From: Mayamaea pseudoterrestris
Lineage: Eukaryota
Length of the DNA stretch: 64,000 nt
Assembly (NCBI GenBank): GCA_027923505.1
Contig: BROI01000001.1
Coordinates: 186,001-250,000, forward strand
Reading direction: 5' to 3'
Numbering within the stretch: position 1 is the first letter of the stretch; each line of letters starts with the position of its first letter. The notes beneath the pieces were generated by a model. That model searched no databases. It was not told where the DNA came from and worked only from the letters and a program-made list of their open reading frames with translations. Below, in pieces: positions 44,339 to 57,528 of the stretch. A program made the translations under genes and the position numbers.

Positions 44339-47300
44339 TTAATTAATAGCTTGTTGAACATATGCACGTGCAGCATCCTTCACTCTCTCTTGCGATGGTT
44401 CATCACCATGTTGCTCCTCCACAGAATACCATTTCTTGAATAGCTTCTTCATTTGCTTATCGTTGAGCTTCAGCTTGCCTTCTGCGGGGCTATCACGCAC
44501 TTGTCTCTCCAGCAGTTCGCGAGCGTGCTTAACGTCGCCATGTTTCAGTTCTTTATCGACGTATACAAACAGCAAATCTAGTCGCTTGGGATATTTCAGC
44601 AAAAGGCCATCAAAAATAGTACGAGCGTGCTCTGGCTTGCCAAACTCAAAGACGAGTTGTGCAAAACGCGACATAGTTTCAATGTGCTTGTGGGTCGGCA
44701 GCGATTGCATGGCCCTCTTTGACAGCGCTTGCGCTTCGTCAGCTCGATTCGTCTTCAAAAGATAAGCAATATGAGCCAGCCAAACCTTTTTCTTGTCTCT
44801 AAACTTTTTAGTCATCTTGTTATACATGTCGTCGCATCGCTTCACTGATTCGCCTGCCGTACCGTATGTATCTTTTTCTAAAATCTCGGAAATGCGAAGA
44901 TAAACGTACTTGGGGTTGTTGTGCTTAGAAGCTCGATCAATTGTTTCCTGGAAGCTCTTATCGGTTCCATATCGAAGCTCGAGCGTTATAAGAGCCGTCC
45001 ATACGTTCATCTTCTCCCGTTCTTGGCGAAATTCGATTTTTTGAAAAGCTCGCTCGGCCACTTTTCGCGCCGCTGGGATGTCTGCGAGTGACATATGGAA
45101 GGCCATGTACATAATCCACAGCTCGGATGAGTTGGGACTGCCGGCAAGTAGACGTTCAAAATCACCTGCCGTTTCAGGTTTCTCATCAGCCGTTCCGTCT
45201 GCCAAAGCAAACTCGCGACGTGCTATATCCTGCTCCTCGCGCAGACGCTGTGCATGCTTTCGCCGAGACTTGTGAGATTGTTTTCGCGTGTCATCGTCAT
45301 CGTTGATTGACTCTTCATCCTCATCGTCCGAATCTAACGCCTGAGTAGATTTCGTGTCATTGAGAGCCGGCGCCTCGCTCCAGTTGAAACCAACATTTGT
45401 ATCCATGCAGGCAGCGTCAGTCTCGTTTTCAGGCTCGCTCGCAGAAATTTCACCTTTGTCCGCATTTTCTGACTCGTCAGAACTGTCTGCTTCATCGTCG
45501 GAGCTTAGATCGTTGACGGCAGAACTTTGTAAGTCATCATCAGAATCGCCAGCGTCCATCACTTCTGTCATACCAGCCTGGTCAACATCACCAGCATCCA
45601 GAAGAGTGGTCGATTCATCATCGGAGCTCGAGTCGTCGTCGCCTTCGAAGTGACTTTGCTTCATGCTAAAGCCAAGCTGATTCTTCAACGGGTCTTTCTT
45701 GATAACCAGCACTTTCACTAAATCGCCAGGATCGTAAAGCTCCGCCAAATTTTTGACAAAATCATCGCTGCATTCGCTTTTGTGAACCAGACCCGAGCAT
45801 TCGCTGTTGTCAATACGCACGAAGACACCGTAGTCTTCAACGCGTGTTACTACAGCCTTAAACTTTTTTCCAATTTCAACTTGATCGAAGCGAAGCTTGT
45901 CCTCAGCAAGCACGACAGACTCGCGCATGTCAAGATCGACGAGCCACTTACATTGGCCTCGATTCTTGCTCTTGCGAATGGCTTTGACCTTTCCAACAAC
46001 CAAACGGCCAGCAGGGAATGACAATCTAGGGTCCGCTAGGTATCCATCACACATCTCCTTAAGAATGACTCTGCCTTCCACCTGACGAGACAAGCGGACA
46101 AAGCATCCCTTCTTATTCGTGTCAACTACATATGCGTTTACGAGCTGGTCCACTTGTGGCGTCTCGTCGTCTTCCAGATCACCGTCAAGTCTACTAGGTC
46201 GAAGGCTGACATCGATGACTTGGGACGAAGCAAACAAAACGCGACAAACCACAAAGCTGCCATCTTTCCAAGGGTCACGTGCCGACTGGTCTCCGATTTT
46301 ACTTAAAAACGAGGAACGCAAGCGTGAGATGTTGGCAGTCATTCATCGGCTCCTGGCGTCAGACATTGCCAGTTTCTCCACACAGACCGTCACGTAATGT
46401 ATTCCAAAAAATTACAACCAACCACTGATTATAGCAGGCCGTTCTCTTGCGGGAACAAGATACGATGGAGGCACTTACATGTCATTGTCATCGTCGTCGC
46501 TGTCAGCATCATTAAAGGATTCATCATTAGTCGGCGTAAATTGGCTATAATCAAGCGGTACATTCGCAATCGGCATGTTCTTCCAATCATCTGCTTCTTT
46601 CAATTCAGTAACGCAACATCGTGCGACGAATCCGCCACGAAGCTCAAGAGATAAGGCTGGTGGATCATTAGTCGGAACTTTACGGTGCACACGGCCAATT
46701 ACTATGTCCCCCTTGCTCGGTTTCGCTATCTGACTCTTCATGTCATTCCGTTTCAAGAATGAGAGGTACGGCACATCCTTACTGGTCTGTGAAGCATGGT
46801 TTGTCGATCGAGCTTGGAGCCATGCACTTTTGTCAATCACAAGGCATTCAAGACGCGCACCGACCGGAAAATGCATTCGAAGGTTATTCAAAACTCCAAT
46901 GTCCTCCGACAGCTCCAAAGCCGGTAGAAACGCCGAAACTCCAGGACTTAATTGCAAATACAGTCCACCTTTGGCAACATCAACTGAGGAAATGACACCT
47001 GTGACCTTTTTGCCAACAACGACATCAGTTGGGTTTTCAAAAAATGACGGAGACATGACGGCACCATTACTCTGACGCGAGAGCTCAACAAAAACCTGGC
47101 CTTTGCGACTGTCAATGGCTGCAACTTGCAGATTACGCAGGATAGAACCCGCTACCAGGCCAAAGAATGGATGATACTTCGAAAGTAACTGACGTCTTTC
47201 GTCAGAATTCGTTTGATCGACTGGCTTCGAAAGTGGTTCAGAACTGGCTAATGAATGATGCAGCCTTACTCGTACGTTGCCAAGCTCTCCACCTTGTGTG

Positions 47301-50287
47301 CCTAGAATGTTCAATGATGCGCGGTGGAAATCTACTTGCAGTATTTCTGCTTCGCCAACATCATCGCCAACATCAAGACCAACGAATGTTGGTGTAGTTT
47401 TTTTACTAGGCGATGAAACAGAATCACCGACCAAGCTCAAGCTAATTCGCGGCGGCCTGCTCGTCGCATCGATCGCCGCAACTTGAGTCACAACTGTTTT
47501 AAGTTTAGGAAGTTCAAGCCCGCCCTTCATTTTCGGTACAAGCCCTGTCAAACCGTCAAGAAATCGGACGAAAGCGCCGTGACGCGCATCGACTTGCGCG
47601 ACATATCCAAGCAGCTTTGCACCAACATACAGATGTGAATCGGCAGTAGGTATAAGAATCTCTTGAGCTTCACCGTCGCTGGTCGACTTTGCTACAAAAT
47701 ATTCCACCAACTTTGGACGAATCGAAATGACTGTAAAGGCGCCAGTGGCTGCCGAATATTCCGCACCTGTTTTTCGAGGATCGGTCAAAACAATCCCACG
47801 TCGACCAATCTTCTTGCCAATTGTGAGCAGCTTCTCTGCTAAAGCGTCAAGTGCACTTGCTGAGACAACAGCAGCCTCGTCGTACTCGTCTAAAAGTTGA
47901 TCAAAGGGTAGCTTGCACTCAACAAAATCTGGAAGTCGCCAGCTTTCCGCCGCCTCAATCAGGTACTTTGACTTAACACTCACAATTGCATAACCCGAGA
48001 CAAACCCATTCACCTTTTCGGTTCCCTTCTTTAACTCAATAATTCGCATGGAACGGAGCGGAAGTATCGTTCCGAGTTGCAAAGGGACTGGCACATTCGT
48101 CTTCTCATCGTCGACATTCATTAAGCTAAGATCGTCCTGGTCCATGACACTTCGGGGTTTAAGAATAAGTGTTAGCTCCCAATACGAGCTGCTACCATCG
48201 CCTTGTTGATCGGCTTCGGCACCGTCCCTGGAACGTCTGCGATCGCCTCTGTTGTCGCCTCGCTTCTTGGCGTTCACAACGCAACAGTTGACAGCGTCTC
48301 CGACGCTATAATTTTCTTCGACGTTTTCAATACCAAGTTCGGCCAAAATGCTTCGAGCGGTCACTCGTCCATAAACGCCATTGAAAAAGGTCACGGAGAG
48401 TCCTCGAGGATCAACCTTGGTTACAAAACCGACGGCTTTCTGGCCAACCTTAACAGAATCAAACGAAGTAATGACATGTTTACTTTTGATCAGGGCCTTC
48501 TTTGCCGTCAACAGACATCGTTTAGTTGCTGGATCGACGGACAATACACGAACATCCACCTTGGCACCAATCGCGTAGAGTTCCTTGACCATTTTGCCAC
48601 GATATTCAGGTGTGACTGTATGATCCAACAAATGCAATGGGGGAATGAGCCCGCGAATTCCCATACCAAAGTCTACCAAGACGCCGTTGCTGCCATTTCC
48701 GTTAATATGGGAACAGACCGGAACTTGGCGATAGACCTGACCAGCTTTCAAGTCGTCATGTGTCAAAACGTGGGCATCGACAATGCTCGACGCAGTCGCA
48801 CCAGACGCAACATCGTCGATGAGATTCATAATGTTCAATATTCGGACTCTATGTTTCGTATTTGGTGCAAATTCCTTGGCGAAAACAGCCTCTGGCGTCT
48901 TGTTGCCCTGTATAGAGTCAAATGCTTTGGAAATGTGAACGTAGACAGTCGGCACATGAGATGCTCGTTTGTATCGGTCGTCAGCTAGCAATTCTGCATT
49001 AAGATTTGTTGCATCTATATCCATATCAACGTCTATTTCATCCGCCGGCAAGGCCAAAACAGCTCCAACCCCCGGATCCACTCGCACCACGGTTGCATCC
49101 TCGACAATGGATCCAACGATAAGTCGAGAAGACAGTTCCGGCCACGTTAGTTGCAACAAATGCGGCAAGATTGATAGTCGCACAATCTTGCTGGAAGCAT
49201 CGACGCAAATAATGCGTGCGCAAAAGTGCTTGTGCGTCTGAAATATAAGCTTCCATTCATCCGTTGCCGCGCATCCCAAGTGCGAAACTTCAATGGCACC
49301 TCGAAAGACGCCCTTTCCAAAAGTGACGCAAATGCCGTTACGTGTGAATGCTTCGACGGAAACTTGCACTAGCGAGCCAGGCTGGAGGGCATTCAGCGAG
49401 GGAACTTTTGACAATAGCGCTTGTGAAGTAGTCATTCGGGATGGAAGAACGAGCTTTAAAATCTTAGTATCCTTTGATGCAGTAGGAGAAGGCAAAAAGT
49501 CGTCAATACGGCCTGGCGCAAGGATTCGAGTTGCATGATTCACAGCAAGAGAGTCTGTCGCATCCATAGCCGCCGTCGTGTATTCCTCCTCAATGTCTGA
49601 AAAATTCAAAAATCCCTTTCGTCCCAAACCAAGATCAATCAGCAAACCATGGTCCTCCGCCGACAAAACTTGCCCTCGGAGGCTGCTACATGCTGATGCA
49701 AAGTCGCCTCCGCTGGGATTCACAACGCTCGGCAAGCAGCTGACTTGAATGCGTCGCTTAGGACCCTCCTTTGTCGCTTCCTGAACAGCCTTGACAATGA
49801 CAATACTCAAGTATTGGCCAATGGAAACCATGCTTGGTGCTGCCAAATCATCGTTCTTGACCATCATGTAACCCGTCCAAAGATTAGGCAGCGAAAATAC
49901 TATAACATTTTGGTGAATCTCCTTGACGCATCCAAGCAGTCGCATTCCCTTGACAAGTTTGCCAAAGCTGAGGCCTTCAATGTAGGATGGCTTGTTTGTG
50001 ATGCTGCTCGATGACGACGACGAGGGAAAAACAACGCCACCGCCTCCCATGGGCAGCAACGACTTCTTCTTGCTGCTAACTGTAACACTATCATCTTTCT
50101 TGTCTTCCTTTTTTGGCTTCTTTTTCACGCTATCACGCTTCTTGTCGCCGCCAAACAAAAAGTCGGAGGCAATGCGAGTCTCCGCGTCGCGGTGTTTGCG
50201 CTTGTTGTAATCCTTTTTCGTGGCTGCTGCTGCATTTTTGGTTTCGGTCGCCGCGGGACGACCACGAGGAAAGTCAGGTTCTTCCAT
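44339..50287 (-). CDS. RRP5: rRNA biogenesis protein RRP5 (S1 repeats plus HAT/TPR); probable intron 46302-46478
   Basis: N-terminal DFPRG; multiple S1 repeats; DFERLL..PNSSELWI.YMAF, RQEREKMNVW; GTAAGT..TTTAAG intron is phase compatible. Confidence 0.95.
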
Positions 50288-50808
50288 AGTATATTGTAAA
50301 ATATAATCTCTACTACTTCTACGGTAGTGTTGCTCCTATTTTTGGATGCTTGTGTGAGAGACCGTGGAGGCAACGGGTCGAGTCGATGCTGCGAAAGAAC
50401 AAAATGAACTGCGCGCGATCTTTCGATGGTTCCCATCATAATGGGATATGAGTCTGCTAGTGGAGTGAGCTACATTACAACTTGTTTCGATCCATACTCA
50501 TGTCTAGTTAGCTAGCGCCTAATGAATCAGAGAATTCAATCGTCAATCCTAAATGCTACATATAGCGCAAGCATTGTTCTCTTTGCAAGGCACACCTTGT
50601 TTCGTTATGCGATAGGTAGGCAAAATGATCAGCAAGCGGCCCAAAGACTACGTAGGCAAGGCACCTCGCAAGTAGCGACACCAGCGTCGTTAGGTACTGC
50701 CATAAACGATTAGTAGCAATTCTCTACGCGCGGCAAAAAAGGCTTTTGCAGCATGCTGACCGAGAGACGTTGACATGGCAACCAAAAGTAAATAAAGACC
50801 AATCCCAT

Positions 50809-52128
50809 TCAACCTTGACTCGACGGAGGATTTTGGTAACTAAACGTGTCCATGAGCGTTCGACTCAGACTTTGCATGGTTGCTTGATAGTCGTCATGAT
50901 CAAAACCCGCTTCCACTTGCATTGGTTTGCCATACTTGATCCACGCTTCCACATAGCCCGTGCGCGTGTCGTGGCCGGGCGAATCCTTCTTGGCCGAGTC
51001 GTGGACAAACTGAAAGGGTTGTTGCAACTGGCCGCCAGCGCATGCGCAAACTTGTGATATGGTGGATTCCGTGTGAAACACCAAGTCTTCCATGCGAATC
51101 ATGATCAATGGGTAGCTTGCGGAAGGATTCATGTAGGATGAATACCAGTCGTTCCACAAATGAACGAGCGACTGGTAAGACATTTTTCCAGCGCCATAGG
51201 TGACCGTGACATTGTTCCAATCATATACTTGCTGCTGCTGCTGCGTCTTGTCTTTTGCCACTTTCAAATGGGGACACTTTTCGTAATGCTCCCACTGCGC
51301 CGCGTACGGATGATGGCACATGCTTTGCATCCACGTCCAAACGTTGCGAATCGTCACCACGGGCAAAATGTCGTTTTTAGAAATTTCTTGGGCATGCGTT
51401 GCCGCATGCTGGTTTCGAAAGCCCGGATCCGTGTGTTTGCCCCTGTTTGCATGACGAGAATGACGGGCAAGTGATGGTTAAGCGTGTCGTATTTCGCTTT
51501 GATGCGATTCATAGGTAATCATCATCATCATCCAGATGTTCAATTTACAGTATCACACACTCACCACGGCACTTGCCACCGCATGCCAAGCTGCTCCTTG
51601 GTCGCGTTGACTCCATACTGAGCGAAACGCGCCGGAATGTAGCAGTTGCGCTTGAGCAGGTGCGTCAACAGGTTGGTGCCCGTGGAAAACATGCCAGCCG
51701 CCCAACATGCGGCGTAACTCAGGAACGTTGCTTCGAAGAAGTCTACCAATGACTTGCTTCATGGTGGGAAGTTGCTGCATCACCTTGTCGAGTTCATCTT
51801 GAGGAATGCCAGCTTGCTGGAGGAGGAGAATCACTGCTTCCTTGCCGTCTTGATTAGCGGCTGATGCTGCTACTGCTGCTGCGGCATCTGCATTGACATC
51901 TATTGAAAGTTTCTCATTCAATTCATGACGAATCAGCTCTTCTGGTCCAAAATGCTGCGCATGAAAGAGTCTTTTTGTTGTCGTTGTCGGTGACCGAGAC
52001 AAAAATGATCGATGGCTCGACAGAAAAAAGAGATCGACACCAATCGTCACACCACCAATAAGAATGAGCACGCTCGTTAAACGTTTCGTCGAGTATACTT
52101 CTGACAGCCATTTCGAACGCTTGGGCAT
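50809..52128 (-). pseudogene. Sulfotransferase-like (P-loop) type II membrane protein with an apparent frameshift near 51700; intron 51443-51564
   Basis: N-terminal TM; AGMFSTGTN, QVPW|GKH, VTIRN..WMQSMC, RMEDL; frame changes between RRMLG and AAGMF; may instead be a sequence error. Confidence 0.55.
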
Positions 52129-52532
52129 TGTATACTCGCGTGTAATTGATGAGCGTTCTGAAAAGTCCTCGTGGTGAAACGGGACGAACCCCCGGAAACG
52201 GTACTAAATGACGTCATATATTTGTCGCACCATCGACCACATTCGACGTTCCTTTCGACACCACGACCAACTCAAGTCACAGCCCTGCTACAGGCTTTTT
52301 ACTATGCAATATTGATTGTCAATAAACTAGTAGTCTTGTGTATATTATAATGTTTTCACATCAATTCTCTCATGGTGAAAGAAACATGACGCAGCGTGAC
52401 AGCGTGACGTCCGTTGGTGGCTTGGCGACTCCGACCACTTGTTTTCGTTGCAGCCCACCGTTCACCATGGCGCACATTATTATTTGACTGTCAGCATTGA
52501 CGACGAACGCTGCTGCGTCTCGACCAGCCATC

Positions 52533-53612
52533 ATGGTGGTCTTGATGAGACACTTGTTTCTGACAATACTGGTAGTTTTGTTTCTACATGAAGTGACGCT
52601 CAACGTTCGCATCGTCGGCTCGCATGATGCGGCGCACCAGCAGGCAGCGCTCATTGCTGCAAATGCACCACGAATCATTGATGAGCCAAACAAGCAGCAG
52701 ACACAACAATCTTCTCCGCAAAATCAAGTACAACCCAAGAGAAGGAAGAATACACTTGAAATGCTCAAGGAGCCGTCGCTCGTCACGACGAATCACGCTG
52801 GACTCTTTGAAGGCCTCCCCGATCTTGCTACCCCAAGCTACCTCTACTCGGACGAGCAGGTTCTCAGCTACGCCAAATCCTTTTCGTCAGAATCACTATC
52901 ACGTCGCAGTCTATCCTTTGTTCACGTTCCCAAAACTGGTGGCAGCTCGGTGGAAAACACGGAGCAACCATGGGGGAAATGCATGTTCATTGGAAAAGAG
53001 ACGCCTCCCGGTATCAAACTCAACCCATGCCCCTGGCAAGAAAATCCCCATCCTCTGCAAATGATGTATTACGACGTTCCCGACTGGCACGTTCCGGCGC
53101 ACTTTTTCCCCTTTCTCAAGGCCGACCCCTATTTCGCTTCCGACTTGTTCGCCGTCATTCGCATGCCACCCATGGATCGCGCCATTTCCCAATACTTTTG
53201 GTTCTGCGCCGAAGTAAGGCGATCGCGTTTGAAACCACTCATTCGCAAATATTGCGGCAAGAGTCGCAAGCATCGCGCGGCCAGCGTGCATCGCTATTTC
53301 AACGATCGGCTGCATCCCACGACACTCAAGGGCTATCTGCAGGACCATGGACACTGGATACCACAGTATGACTACGTGGTGGGACCGCTGCAGGTACGCT
53401 ACGTGACGCACGTATTGCAGTTGGAGCACATGAGTAATGACTACAGTCGATTGGGCGCGGCGTACCATTTGAACTTGACCTGGCCCGAGACGAGGGCGAA
53501 CGCGCAGGCGCACAACCAAAAGCAACTTCCCAGCGTGCGCAAGCAAGTGCAGGAGAAGCTGGCCGATCACTTTCGCAAGGATTGGTTGCTGCTACAGAAA
53601 GGGGAGCGATGA
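52533..53612 (+). CDS. Golgi-type carbohydrate sulfotransferase-like protein (Sulfotransfer_2-type)
   Basis: N-terminal TM; FVHVPKTGGSS (5'-PSB), R.P.DRAIS (3'-PB), HWIPQ, LE. Confidence 0.8.
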   Translation: MVVLMRHLFLTILVVLFLHEVTLNVRIVGSHDAAHQQAALIAANAPRIIDEPNKQQTQQSSPQNQVQPKRRKNTLEMLKEPSLVTTNHAGLFEGLPDLATPSYLYSDEQVLSYAKSFSSESLSRRSLSFVHVPKTGGSSVENTEQPWGKCMFIGKETPPGIKLNPCPWQENPHPLQMMYYDVPDWHVPAHFFPFLKADPYFASDLFAVIRMPPMDRAISQYFWFCAEVRRSRLKPLIRKYCGKSRKHRAASVHRYFNDRLHPTTLKGYLQDHGHWIPQYDYVVGPLQVRYVTHVLQLEHMSNDYSRLGAAYHLNLTWPETRANAQAHNQKQLPSVRKQVQEKLADHFRKDWLLLQKGER

Positions 53613-53967
53613 CACGTTTGGACGGGGTGGAGACTGGTGAATGCGCCGGCGCACGTTGAAACACACGACGCAATGTAGTTCCAGCTGGAAAGCAACTGCA
53701 ACGATTCCTTACTCTCCGTAGTCAGTTTCCAAGTGTGCAGGACGATCATTTATTTCACGTTGGTGTATCTTACGGGAGTCCTAACTTACAAAATGCTAAT
53801 TGATAAAGCAATTCTTTGAAAAGTAGTGAGTTTCGCACCGGTACTCATTTGAAAAAACGGACGTCGCAGTTGCCGCGCCATCATGACGATGCCCCTTTCA
53901 TTCGTATACCGGTAGTCTCGTCTGCAGTTGGGGCAAAGTGAACATACAATAATTGATAAATGCTTCA

Positions 53968-54588
53968 ATGAAGCTTATGTCGCGAAGTCAAATGTTTGGT
54001 TTATTCCCGTCTAGCTTCGTTGGCTTGACGAGCGTTGACCAATTGGACCCGTCGCTGACAAAATCAACGACCCTTGGTTCATTGGCAAAAACATCCGTCT
54101 ATCACAAGCCGCCACATATTTCAGTCGACTATTCCAAAAACCCAACAGTCTTTGGAAGGATTCTACAAGGAGAGCTTCCCGCCAGTGTGCTGCGCGAGAG
54201 CCAGGACTTGCTGGCCTTTGTCGATAGGACGCCACGCGCACCACTCCACGCACTCATTATTCCAAAGCAGTTTATACAAGACGTCTATTATCTCACGGCA
54301 ACGACGAAGGACATTAAGCTACTGGAAGATATGGAGGAAATGGCGCTTGACATTTTGCGCGAACATGATCCAGAGGCAGTTGAAACCAACGATTATCGAC
54401 TCGTCTTTCACATTCCGCCATTCAATAGCGTTGACCATTTACATGTCCACGTCTTGGCACCCAATTCAAACATGAAGCCATACTACAAATCTATCAAGTA
54501 CGCGGAGAATACGAAATGGAGCGTCAGTTTGGATCGCGTCTTGACGAGACTGCGGCAAGGCAAGTCGGCAGTTTCAATGTGGGAGTAA
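53968..54588 (+). CDS. HIT-family nucleotide hydrolase (HINT3-like)
   Basis: TVFGRI, AFVD..P.APLHALIIPK, FHIPPFNSVDHLHVHVL. Confidence 0.9.
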   Translation: MKLMSRSQMFGLFPSSFVGLTSVDQLDPSLTKSTTLGSLAKTSVYHKPPHISVDYSKNPTVFGRILQGELPASVLRESQDLLAFVDRTPRAPLHALIIPKQFIQDVYYLTATTKDIKLLEDMEEMALDILREHDPEAVETNDYRLVFHIPPFNSVDHLHVHVLAPNSNMKPYYKSIKYAENTKWSVSLDRVLTRLRQGKSAVSMWE

Positions 54589-54854
54589 ATGACAACAATG
54601 CCCTTGTCCATGCATGGCTATCAAGCTCATCCTCTTTGTGAACGGCTGCGTCCAATTAAAACTCTTTCTTCATCTGTAAAGTTACTCCTCGGTCCACAAC
54701 ATGCGCCAACTCATGCGAACGACAATTTCGGGTTGAATTTCAACTCAATGTCTACGGTTTAGCTAGAGGAAGTGAACGAACGGGGATGAGAAAGAAGAGG
54801 AGCGTCTGTACAAAGTCAATGTATAGGATACAACAACAAATGTTTTATAGTGGC

Positions 54855-55850
54855 TTACGCTTCGTCATACTCCAAGTCCATTCCAATGATACGAAAACTA
54901 CTTTTGCCTCCGAGTCGAATAAATGGCTGCATACCAGGTATGCCTTTTAAAGCTCGCCGTGTTTCGGCCACCAACTTGCCGTCAATGAACCATTCTGCCC
55001 CACGATTGACGCATCGAACAACGGGATCGACCCGGTTGGAAAATTGTATATCGCGATGCAGCTCATATCTACCACTCGAAAAGCTTTCAACACAAGATGC
55101 TACAAGATCAAGCCAAATTATGCTTCCTTGCGGAATCGTGCCGACGTCAACTTCATCAAATGTATATTGTAGCCAGCCAATCGTTATAGGATAAGATACA
55201 CTTTTTTCGCCGCAATATACCTGCGCTTCAAAGGTCCGCACTCGTCGATTGTCCGATCCCTTCCGCTGAAGTAGGTAGCAACAGGCTCCATCTTCGTCAT
55301 CGTACCAGGAATTGTGACTGTAAATTGAATTTTGTAACTTAACAAAACCAAGACTATGGAAACTGAATCTGGTTAGATCGAATGGCCACAAGTGCTGCGT
55401 CAAATTGAAAGTCTCGGCCATGCGCACAAATCGCTCTGCCTTTTTCTCGTCGTTAAATGAGGGAACTTTGGGACAGCCATACTCCACTGGGAGCATGCGA
55501 TTGTAGTCTCTCAAGTAGTTCACTAATGCGACAAACAAGTCGGCTTCTTCATCTATAAAGTAGCGGCCTGCTGAGTCCTTGGGAAGGCTTGCCTCCCAGT
55601 CACCACTAAACTTGGCCGCCAGCATGCTCGGAATGCATGTGAGTGTTCCCCGAAGAACGTCCATGGGCGTTCCACCAATGTTTAAAGAAAGTACATCCAA
55701 ATCGCTTGGATTCTTAATTGCGTTGACGAGCACGAGTGGCGCATCATGTTTCTCCACAACAGCATCGAGTTTTCGAGCGAGGTCATTAATCGAGGCTTTC
55801 AGCCCATCAATTTCATCCCGCCTGACATGATCTTCTCCACTCATCATCAA
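54855..55850 (-). CDS. BTB/POZ (KCTD/T1-type) domain protein
   Basis: LSLNIGGTPMDV.R.TLT..PSMLAAKFSG.W...GRYFID...LF..LVNYLR. Confidence 0.88.
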   Translation of the reverse strand: MMMSGEDHVRRDEIDGLKASINDLARKLDAVVEKHDAPLVLVNAIKNPSDLDVLSLNIGGTPMDVLRGTLTCIPSMLAAKFSGDWEASLPKDSAGRYFIDEEADLFVALVNYLRDYNRMLPVEYGCPKVPSFNDEKKAERFVRMAETFNLTQHLWPFDLTRFSFHSLGFVKLQNSIYSHNSWYDDEDGACCYLLQRKGSDNRRVRTFEAQVYCGEKSVSYPITIGWLQYTFDEVDVGTIPQGSIIWLDLVASCVESFSSGRYELHRDIQFSNRVDPVVRCVNRGAEWFIDGKLVAETRRALKGIPGMQPFIRLGGKSSFRIIGMDLEYDEA

Positions 55851-56650
55851 TTTTCCTGAATGTGATGGAGATGGATTGTATTAGACTTCAATTACCGTGT
55901 AACTAAAGATGGTCATCAGCAGTTGTTCGTCAATCTCCACGCCATGACTTGTGGCATTCCGACCATGGCAATAATGCCTCCATGGTAAGCATAGAATGCC
56001 CATGACACAACAAAGTGGCACAGAAACAACCACTTACCTGTTTCTGGTTATTTTATCACTGTTTCCTAGAAGTCAATAGACACTAATGATTGATATAAAC
56101 AAGGCGCTTGCCGCACCATATATTTACACGAAAGGCGATGCAATCGTTCGCATCGCGCTGATCAGTGTCGCATCGTTGATGAGATTCCGACTTTCGACAG
56201 CTGCCGTATCATGCGCACGTGAAAGGCCTCACACACCGCGTTAATTCCGGTATCATTCGTAATGGTATGACCACGCTGGAAGAGGGCGTAAATGAGGCAT
56301 TTCCCCGCACTTCCAGTCACGATTAGCAAATGCGCACGACACGTGCGTCGACGTAACTGACGTGTTTGTTATGTTTCTTCTCATTACTGCCTCATTAGAA
56401 TCTGCTAAAAGGCAATATTAAAAAGTCCTCATTGTGACGCTCGCAATGTCTATGATATAATTGTTCATATCAATCACGGAAGTTTTATTATAGCCTTGAG
56501 GCGTGGCATAGATCGTGACATATCGGGAGGACCCACGGTTTGCCCGCGCTGACTCGATCCCGAAACTGTGGCCAAATAAGAAACACTCGTGCTCTCACAA
56601 AACCCTCACCGCCTCGTTCTACTTCAGTATTTTCTTTCAGTAATCTTACC

Positions 56651-57409
56651 ATGGATCAAGCCACTTCTTCATCAACGTACACTACTGCGGTAGCTCTGAA
56701 CAACATGGCAGTGTCTCTCCTGGAACGCAAATGCTATCGTCAAGCTCTCGAGACGCTCCACGACAGCGTTCAACTCACACGCAAGCATCGAACGACGGCG
56801 TCGTCTGGCAGTCAAGCCGTCTCTCCATCACTGCCTCAACATATTGCTGTCGACTACGCTCATCAACGCCAATGCAAACCAGAACCATTCAAGCAAGCTG
56901 ATTCCTCGAGTAGTTTTCAAGTTGTTTCGGACGACTCTGACGCCATGACGTGCCTTCGCTCCTGCGTCGATTCCTGCGTCGGCATTCGCCTCGAGGGATT
57001 CGACTCGACGATTGACGCACAAGTCGACAGTGCTGTCATACTTCACAATTACGCCATGGCTGCTCTCAGTCTAGCCATGACAGCTACAAAGAATCCAACT
57101 ACTTCATCGACGGCAACCAAGAAACGACTGCTACAAACTTGTCTCAAGAGCTTGCTGCAGTGTCAAAAGGAACTCTCTAGCCGGTATGCGCAACTGGACA
57201 TGGATGTTGACTTTGCGCTTGTCCACAAGGTGTTTGTCGTGGCCGTCGTTAGCACCAACAGCTTACTGCAAGTCTTGCAGCAGCTTGGCACGGAAGAGTA
57301 TGGATCGCAAATTGTCGAGTGCCAAGCCAAGCTCGTTGCGCTCAAGGAAACGTTGTCCGACTTGGATCATGCGGAAGTGGGAGGCATCATGGCGGCTGCT
57401 GCGGCGTAA
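56651..57409 (+). CDS. Hypothetical helical (TPR-like) protein
   Basis: AVALNNMAVSLLER..Y.QA.ETL and AVILHNYAMA segments; ATG at 56651. Confidence 0.75.
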   Translation: MDQATSSSTYTTAVALNNMAVSLLERKCYRQALETLHDSVQLTRKHRTTASSGSQAVSPSLPQHIAVDYAHQRQCKPEPFKQADSSSSFQVVSDDSDAMTCLRSCVDSCVGIRLEGFDSTIDAQVDSAVILHNYAMAALSLAMTATKNPTTSSTATKKRLLQTCLKSLLQCQKELSSRYAQLDMDVDFALVHKVFVVAVVSTNSLLQVLQQLGTEEYGSQIVECQAKLVALKETLSDLDHAEVGGIMAAAAA

Positions 57410-57528
57410 GGCTATGTATGCAAATTACAAATATGTACAGTAATCACAGCATTAAGAATAAAAAAATGTAAAGACACTCTTGTTGACAAATGTTTAATGT
57501 AACAAAGTTAGCAATCATGCGTGCACCT

